This document shows, piece after piece, positions 57,544 through 64,000 of a stretch of 64,000 nt of DNA. The first letter of the stretch is position 1. Each line of letters starts with the position of its first letter. The DNA comes from a virus. Made by a program: the position numbers and the translations under genes. The stretch covers positions 1 to 64,000 of the IMG/VR virus record IMGVR_UViG_3300010885_004110. The stretch is one strand, 5' to 3'. Below the pieces are notes generated by a model. The model was given only the letters and a program-made list of their open reading frames with translations, was not told the DNA's origin and ran no database searches.

Positions 57544-60500
57544 ATGGCAGAAGTAACCGGTGATTTTGGCGGACAGCCAATACAATTAAACAACGCAGCT
57601 ACTGAAGCAACGTTGAAGCAACTTCTTGCGGCAATGCTGGCCAGTGTGGCGCAGCAGGGTAAGAATACCAAAAAAGATATTAAAATACAGCAAGACCTAG
57701 AAGCAGAATTACGAAAGATAGCCAAAGGCGCACAGGATTTTAAGAAAGCACAAGCCGATGCCGCTGCTGCTACTAAAGATAATACTAAGAAAATAGATGA
57801 TGCTGCTGAAGCCACGAAGAAAAATACCAAAGCAACAGCAGATGCAAAGAAAGCACAAGAAGAATACAAAAAGAAACTAGAAGAAAACATTGCAATGATC
57901 GGAGCATTAAGCTCTGCCATTGAAAACGGTGTTGGACAAATTAACAAAATAACTAGTAGCTTTACCAACATGGGTAGCAGTGTTACGGCAGCAGCAGCGT
58001 CGTTAAGCGCAATACCAGTAGTTGGTAATATGCTTGCCGGAGTGTTTGGTACAGTTGCCGGAGCAGCTGAAAAGAGTTACAAAGCCTTTCAGCAATCTGC
58101 TAGTGTTGGTGCAAACTTTGGCGGTAGTATTAATGACATGATTCGTGCATCTAGTGATGCAGGATTAACCTTTGATCAGTTTAGTGGAGTTGTTGCAAAG
58201 AACGGTGAAGCATTAGCTTTACTAGGTGGAAGCACTAGAGATGGCGCAAAACGACTAGCAGAACTAGGTAAAGAAATTAAAAAGTCTCCATTAATGGGAG
58301 AACTTGCAGGACTTGGCTACAGCACAGAAGAAGTTAATTCTGGTATGGCCAAATACTCAAGTATGTTGGCCAAGACAGGTCAGTTGGAAGGAAAAACAAA
58401 TGCACAATTAGTTGCTGGCAGTGCAGAATATCTTAAGAATTTAGATCAACTATCTCGACTAACTGGACAGAGCAAAGATGCATTACAAGCCCAACAAGAT
58501 GCGCTAATGGCCGATGCTCAGTTTCGTTCAAGATTGCAAGGCATGGACGAAGCCGGACAAGCACGATTGAATAAATTAATGTTGAGTTTGCCTGCTAGTC
58601 TACAAAAAGGTGCTAAGGAATTTATAGCCTTCGGTGGTGCCACTACTGATGCTGGTAGAGAATTTGCAACATTCATGCAGAAAGGTGCAGGAGCATCTAA
58701 TGCAGCATTTAGAGAAATTGAACAAAGTGGTACGTTGTCACAGAAAGGTGCCGATGCTGTATACAGTGCTATTAAAGAAGATGCCGATGCACTTAAGAAA
58801 AGCGGTACCGGTAAATTAATTGCCAACGTTGGTAATGGTGCGCAACAGGCCATTGCATTAGATGCAATGAATCTTTCCGCAAGAAAAACTACAACATCAC
58901 AAATACAAAAGCAACAAGAAGAAGAATTAGCAGCACAAAAAGAAAGAACTAAGAAAGCTCAGGAAGGAATGAATCCTGAGGCAATGATGAAATTCCAACA
59001 GTTGATTGCTGAAACAAGTAATCGATTTACAGAGATGGTTGGTAATCATTTACCTCAACTACAAAGTATGTTTACAAAGCTAGCAGGCTTTGTCGAGTCG
59101 TATGTACTACCAGCATTTTCTTTAATTGCAAAACACATTGAAATTGTTGTTGCTGGTATGATTGCACTAAAAGTAGCACAGCTGGCTTATAAAGCTGCAA
59201 TGTTTGTTGAGAAGATGAAAGAAGGTAAACGTCCAGCAGGTACCTCGGCTGATCCAATTCATACTACCGATGGTGGCAAAGGTGGTGGACTTGACGGCGG
59301 TAATGGTAAGGGCGGTAAGAAAGGTGGCAAAGCAGGTGGAATGAAAGGTGCAGGCGGCCTCGTAAAAGGGGTAGCAGTGCTTGGTGCAGTAACAGCACTA
59401 GTTGGTTTGTATGATGATATCAAAGATGTTAATAAAGAAGTTGATTCTGGAGATATCACCGAACGTGAAGGAACTGTAAAGAAAGGTGAAGCTGTTGGTA
59501 CCGCTGCAGGTACCGCAGGGGGAGCATGGGCCGGAGCAGCCGCAGGAGCAGCTATTGGTTCAGTAGTACCTATTGTTGGTACAGTTGTAGGCGGCTTAAT
59601 TGGCGGAGCCATTGGTGGTTGGTTGGGTGGAAAAGGTGGTGCAATGATTGGTAGTAGTGTAACAGAAGCTGTTACAGAATTATCAATGGACGATCTCAAG
59701 AAAGATAAAAATCTTTATAAACAATATCTAGACAAGTATAATGAATCGCTAAACCGCAATTTAAAATTAGGTAAATCCAAAGAAGAAGCAGATAAACTTG
59801 CAATAGCAGAAGCCAATAAAGCCCTCAATGTTAAGAAAGAAGAAATAAAAGTCACCAAAGCCAAAATTGAAGCAGATGCAAAAGCAGCAGATGCAGCAAA
59901 AACAGCAGCAGCAACACCAGCCGAACCTGCGCCAGAATTAGATTTTGGTGATCCACAAAAACTATTTGATTCATTTAAGAAGCGCCAAGATGCACTATCC
60001 GGACAACCGCAAGTTGCACCTCCTGCCGGCAACGTTCCTGCTCCGGCAGCAGTAGTACCACCGGGCGGCGCTGTTGCTACTCCTCCACCACTTAAGCAAG
60101 ATCAAACTAAAAATATGGAGTTGATTAAAGCAGCTCTACAAAAACAAGGAATAACAGATCCTAAGTACATTGCAGCAACACTTGGCAATGTTATGAAAGA
60201 GACTGGCGGTCAAAGTAAGTCGGAAAATTTAGATTACTCTAAAACTAGTAATGATAGAATTAAATCAGTATTTGGTTCTAGAGCAGCAGGCAAGACTGAT
60301 CAAGAATTAAATCAAATAAAATCAGACCCTAAACAAATGGGTGAGATGATGTATGGCGCAAGTACTAAAATGGGCCAACAGATGGGCAACACTGAACCGG
60401 GCGACGGTTGGAAATATCGAGGTCGTGGCTTTATTCAACTTACTGGTAAAAGCAATTATGCACAGGCATCTAAGGCAATTTATGGTGACGACAGGTTAGT

Positions 60501-62118
60501 TCAAAACCCAGACTTGGTAAATGACCCAGCAGTAGCAGCTGAAGTTAGTGCTTGGTACATGAAGAAAGGCAAGTCAGCAATGGCTGCTAAAATGGGCATA
60601 GACGAAAAGAATATGTCTCAAGGTGATGCTAACTTATTAGCAACTAGTCAAATTGCAGGTGGTGATGTCCGCAAAAAAGGTAGTTACCTAGCCGGCGAAG
60701 TAATGAATAAAGTTACTGCATATTCTGGACAAATGGCTGGTATTGCCGGAACAGCCCCAAGTGCAGAAGCAGCAACAGCGTTAGCAGCTAATAAAAAATT
60801 ACCAGCAGCAGCACCGGTTGTTGCGGCAGCAGCACCGGTCGTTGCAGCAGCACCTCCAACAGATAAAAAATTACCAGCAGCAGCACCGGTTGTTGCGGCA
60901 GCACTGCCGACAGATAAAAATAAGACAGATGCAGCTAACCCAATGGCTAAAGATCCATCACAACAAGTAGCCACAGCACAACCAACAGATAAGAATAAGA
61001 AAGATACTGCACTAGCACAGCCAGTTGGACAGCAGACTGCTCCCGGTAATAATAACTATGATTTTGGAATGTCAGTTGCAATTGCCGGACAAACATTCCA
61101 GGCAGCGGTATTAAAAAGTGCTCAACTAATTGATACTACTTTTGGAAAATTTAGTGCTTCTTTTGATAAAACAAAATCAGTATCGCCTAATGAAACAAAT
61201 GCAAAAGTAGCAAATGAGAATTTGCAGAAAAGTATTGATAGTACTTTTGGAAAATTTAGTACTGATGTTACATCAATGTCAACTGATGCAACAATGGCCA
61301 ATGCCGCAAATCAAAACTTACAGAAAAGTATTGATAGTACTTTTGGAAATTTTAGTACTGATTTTGCAAAGATGTCATCAACTTCAACAATGGCCAATGC
61401 GGCAAATGAAAATTTACAGAAGAGTATTGATGCCACTCTTGGAAATTTTAGCACTGATTTTGCAACTATATCATCTGATAAAACACCGGCCGACACGGGA
61501 CCTAGTAATCTACAAAAAATTATAGATAGTATTGTTGGAAATTTTAGTTCGTTGTTTGATAACACAAAAGTAGAATCACCTGATATAAATCTAGCAAATG
61601 AAAATTTACAGAAAAGTATGGATACTGCTTTTGGAAATTTTAGTTCGTTGTTTGATAACACAAAAGTAGAACAGCCTGACACAACAGCATTATCAGATAA
61701 TACAAAAGAATTATTAACAAGTGCTCAGATGATTGATACTACTTTTGGAAAAGTTGGATCACTATTTGAAAAAACACAATTATCTTCACCGGACGCATCA
61801 ACTGCAACCGCAACAGTTTCAGCAGATACAACAAAAGCATTAATAGAAAAAATGTTTGCAGACAGCCAAACACAATTAGCCCAACTACAAACAATAAAAG
61901 ACTCAAAAGCAAGTGATACTGAAACTAAACCTGGACCAGGAACAGGAGCTCCGGGTGCCGGTGGAGTTTCAACTCTTAATGAAGTGGTAGCTAGTTTAGA
62001 AATGTTAAATAAACAGATAGGACAATTAATTGGTATAAGTAGAACTACCGCCGATTTAAATGAAAGTCAGCTACGTGTACAAAAGAACATGGGTGGTGAC
62101 ATGTTCTTATCAGCTTAA
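57544..62118 (+). CDS. tape measure protein with GH19-like muramidase domain
   Basis: Long Ala-rich helical protein, glycine zipper, KETGG...DGWKYRGRGFIQLTGKSNY...NPDLV. Confidence 0.8.
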   Translation: MAEVTGDFGGQPIQLNNAATEATLKQLLAAMLASVAQQGKNTKKDIKIQQDLEAELRKIAKGAQDFKKAQADAAAATKDNTKKIDDAAEATKKNTKATADAKKAQEEYKKKLEENIAMIGALSSAIENGVGQINKITSSFTNMGSSVTAAAASLSAIPVVGNMLAGVFGTVAGAAEKSYKAFQQSASVGANFGGSINDMIRASSDAGLTFDQFSGVVAKNGEALALLGGSTRDGAKRLAELGKEIKKSPLMGELAGLGYSTEEVNSGMAKYSSMLAKTGQLEGKTNAQLVAGSAEYLKNLDQLSRLTGQSKDALQAQQDALMADAQFRSRLQGMDEAGQARLNKLMLSLPASLQKGAKEFIAFGGATTDAGREFATFMQKGAGASNAAFREIEQSGTLSQKGADAVYSAIKEDADALKKSGTGKLIANVGNGAQQAIALDAMNLSARKTTTSQIQKQQEEELAAQKERTKKAQEGMNPEAMMKFQQLIAETSNRFTEMVGNHLPQLQSMFTKLAGFVESYVLPAFSLIAKHIEIVVAGMIALKVAQLAYKAAMFVEKMKEGKRPAGTSADPIHTTDGGKGGGLDGGNGKGGKKGGKAGGMKGAGGLVKGVAVLGAVTALVGLYDDIKDVNKEVDSGDITEREGTVKKGEAVGTAAGTAGGAWAGAAAGAAIGSVVPIVGTVVGGLIGGAIGGWLGGKGGAMIGSSVTEAVTELSMDDLKKDKNLYKQYLDKYNESLNRNLKLGKSKEEADKLAIAEANKALNVKKEEIKVTKAKIEADAKAADAAKTAAATPAEPAPELDFGDPQKLFDSFKKRQDALSGQPQVAPPAGNVPAPAAVVPPGGAVATPPPLKQDQTKNMELIKAALQKQGITDPKYIAATLGNVMKETGGQSKSENLDYSKTSNDRIKSVFGSRAAGKTDQELNQIKSDPKQMGEMMYGASTKMGQQMGNTEPGDGWKYRGRGFIQLTGKSNYAQASKAIYGDDRLVQNPDLVNDPAVAAEVSAWYMKKGKSAMAAKMGIDEKNMSQGDANLLATSQIAGGDVRKKGSYLAGEVMNKVTAYSGQMAGIAGTAPSAEAATALAANKKLPAAAPVVAAAAPVVAAAPPTDKKLPAAAPVVAAALPTDKNKTDAANPMAKDPSQQVATAQPTDKNKKDTALAQPVGQQTAPGNNNYDFGMSVAIAGQTFQAAVLKSAQLIDTTFGKFSASFDKTKSVSPNETNAKVANENLQKSIDSTFGKFSTDVTSMSTDATMANAANQNLQKSIDSTFGNFSTDFAKMSSTSTMANAANENLQKSIDATLGNFSTDFATISSDKTPADTGPSNLQKIIDSIVGNFSSLFDNTKVESPDINLANENLQKSMDTAFGNFSSLFDNTKVEQPDTTALSDNTKELLTSAQMIDTTFGKVGSLFEKTQLSSPDASTATATVSADTTKALIEKMFADSQTQLAQLQTIKDSKASDTETKPGPGTGAPGAGGVSTLNEVVASLEMLNKQIGQLIGISRTTADLNESQLRVQKNMGGDMFLSA
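61117..61780 (+). repeat. about seven ~32-aa repeats in the tape measure C-terminus
   Basis: (A)NENLQKSIDSTFGxFS and variants; conserved at DNA level. Confidence 0.85.
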
Positions 62119-62129
62119 CGGAATAACGC

Positions 62130-63830
62130 ATGTCTTGGAAAAAATATTTTACACCAGTAAACGTCGATAACCAAAGGGGCAACATAAGCCCAATTGGCAG
62201 TGGCGGCCGCCCCGGCCCTGCTAGATCAAACTATTCTAGCTTTTTACCCGATGTATATGCCGGAGCACCGAATCGTGTTGACAAATATATGCAATACGAC
62301 ACTATGGATATGGACAGTGAGGTTAATGCTGCTCTAGACATTCTTGCAGAATTCTGTACACAAAAAGACAAAGAAAACTCAACAGCCTTTCATATTTTCT
62401 TTAGAGGACAACCAACTTCAACTGAAGTTAAATTAATCAAAGAAAGTCTTCAAAAGTGGAGTAAACAACAAAAATTTGAAACTAGGATTTTCCGTATTGT
62501 ACGCAATGCATTCAAATACGGAGACTGTTTCTTTATTCGTGATCCACAGACTCTAAAATGGTTATTTGTTGATGCAGCTAAAGTTAGCAAAATTATTGTT
62601 AATGAAAGTGAAGGTAAAGTTCCCGAACAATATGTAGTTAGAGATATAAACTTTAATTTCAAAGAGTTAATCGCAGTAACGCCACACGGTACTACCAATA
62701 CAGCACCCAGTGGTACTAGTTCTTACACTAGTGGAGGAGGAGGCGGTAGAGGTATGGTAGGTTCGGCAGCACAGCCTCCAGGCACTCGTTTTAGTAATCA
62801 AACTAACGAAGTTACAGTTGATGCTAAAAATGTTGTACATATTAGTCTAAGCGAAGGGTTAGATAACAATTATCCGTTTGGTAATTCGTTATTAGAATCA
62901 GTATTCAAAGTCTACAAGCAGAAAGAATTGCTTGAAGATGCTATTATTATCTATCGTATACAACGTGCTCCGGAACGTAGAATCTTCTATATTGACGTAG
63001 GTAATATGCCAGCACACATGGCTATGAGTTTTGTAGAACGTGTTAAAAATGAAATACATCAACGCAGAATTCCTAGTTCAACAGGTGGTGGCACTAATAT
63101 GGTTGATGCTAGCTACAACCCACTGTCAGCATCGGAAGATTACTTTTTCCCGCAAACAGCAGAAGGCCGTGGATCAAAAGTTGATACATTACCGGGCGGC
63201 ACTAATCTAGGTGAAATTACAGACTTACGTTATTTTACCAATAAGTTATTCCGTGCGTTACGCATCCCTAGTAGCTACTTGCCAACGTCAGTTGATGATG
63301 CAAGTAACACAGTAGCTGACGGAAAAGTTGGAACAGCTTATATTCAAGAGCTACGTTTTAACAAATACTGCGAACGTTTACAATCAATGGTTGTAGAAAC
63401 ATTCGACGAAGAATTTAAATATTGGTTAGTAAACAATGGTATTAACATTGATAACAGCATATTTGAATTAAAGTTTAATCCACCACAGAATTTTGCGGCT
63501 TATCGTCAAAGCGAGTTAGATACTACTCGTGCAGCTACGTTTGCTACTTTACAAGAAATACCGCATTTAAGTAAACGATTTGCATTAAAACGATACTTAG
63601 GATTAACCGAAGAAGAGATTAAAGAAAACGAAAAATTATGGCGTGAAGAAAACGGCAAAAATCTTAAACCTACAATAGATGCTAGTGGGCAAATGAGAAG
63701 TGTTGGTATTACGCCCGGTGGAATGGAAGCTGAAGTAGGCGGTCAAGATGCCGAAGCAGACATGGAAGCACCCCCAGAAACAGGGGAGCAGCCAGCTGAA
63801 GCAGCGACCCCAGATCAAGTAGTACAGTAA
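62130..63830 (+). CDS. portal protein, gp20-like
   Basis: LLEDAIIIYRIQRAPERRIFYIDVGNMP, EDYFFP..EGRGSKVDTLPGG.NLGEI.D. Confidence 0.95.
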   Translation: MSWKKYFTPVNVDNQRGNISPIGSGGRPGPARSNYSSFLPDVYAGAPNRVDKYMQYDTMDMDSEVNAALDILAEFCTQKDKENSTAFHIFFRGQPTSTEVKLIKESLQKWSKQQKFETRIFRIVRNAFKYGDCFFIRDPQTLKWLFVDAAKVSKIIVNESEGKVPEQYVVRDINFNFKELIAVTPHGTTNTAPSGTSSYTSGGGGGRGMVGSAAQPPGTRFSNQTNEVTVDAKNVVHISLSEGLDNNYPFGNSLLESVFKVYKQKELLEDAIIIYRIQRAPERRIFYIDVGNMPAHMAMSFVERVKNEIHQRRIPSSTGGGTNMVDASYNPLSASEDYFFPQTAEGRGSKVDTLPGGTNLGEITDLRYFTNKLFRALRIPSSYLPTSVDDASNTVADGKVGTAYIQELRFNKYCERLQSMVVETFDEEFKYWLVNNGINIDNSIFELKFNPPQNFAAYRQSELDTTRAATFATLQEIPHLSKRFALKRYLGLTEEEIKENEKLWREENGKNLKPTIDASGQMRSVGITPGGMEAEVGGQDAEADMEAPPETGEQPAEAATPDQVVQ

Positions 63831-63840
63831 TAAATACATT

Positions 63841-64000
63841 ATGCTTCTACTAGAGTTCCTTTATTTTAATGATAACAACAACGACTTTGCAGTTGATCGT
63901 CGCTACGACAACGCCAATGATAGATCTGTGGTTAAGAAAAGCGACACCAGAAAAATTCGCTTGACTTTAAGACAACTAAATCAATTGAGAATGCAAAGCG
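63841..64000 (+). CDS. 3'-truncated protein after the portal (prohead core-like position)
   Basis: MLLLEFLYFND...RLTLRQLNQLRMQS open to the window end; TAAATA at 63831-63836. Confidence 0.6.
   Translation, partial: MLLLEFLYFNDNNNDFAVDRRYDNANDRSVVKKSDTRKIRLTLRQLNQLRMQS

Noticed and set aside
1-64000. tRNA, integrase, reverse transcriptase/DGR, inteins, stop-codon recoding
   Set aside because: None recognised by eye; conserved genes are full length in the standard code

Overview
AT-rich window from a large T4-related (jumbo-type) contractile-tailed phage using the standard genetic code. Left to right: (1) 1-6.9 kb, + strand: nucleotide metabolism and replication genes (phosphoribosyltransferase, dCMP deaminase, QueE-like radical SAM, T4 RNase H-like 5' nuclease) and small hypotheticals. 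(2) 6.9-48.4 kb, - strand late block: baseplate genes (gp48/54-, gp53-, gp27-, gp5-, gp25-, gp6-like), a 4579-aa wedge/adhesin, four paralogous fibre genes, then an operon of four glycosyltransferase-like genes, two radical SAM paralogs and an SGNH-like hydrolase. (3) 48.4-52.8 kb, + strand: gp55-like late sigma factor, gp47/gp46 and a minimal GIY-YIG nuclease, followed by about 525 nt of ORF-free, densely base-paired sequence. (4) Two probable internal head proteins, a gp26-like chaperone with an apparent -1 frameshift, a tape measure protein with a GH19-like muramidase, and the portal. Best leads: the GIY-YIG plus putative large pseudoknotted RNA (52347-53290), the late glycosylation/radical SAM operon, the frameshift, and late promoters embedded in translation-blocking hairpins. 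All calls come from motif recognition by eye; no searches or folding programs were run.
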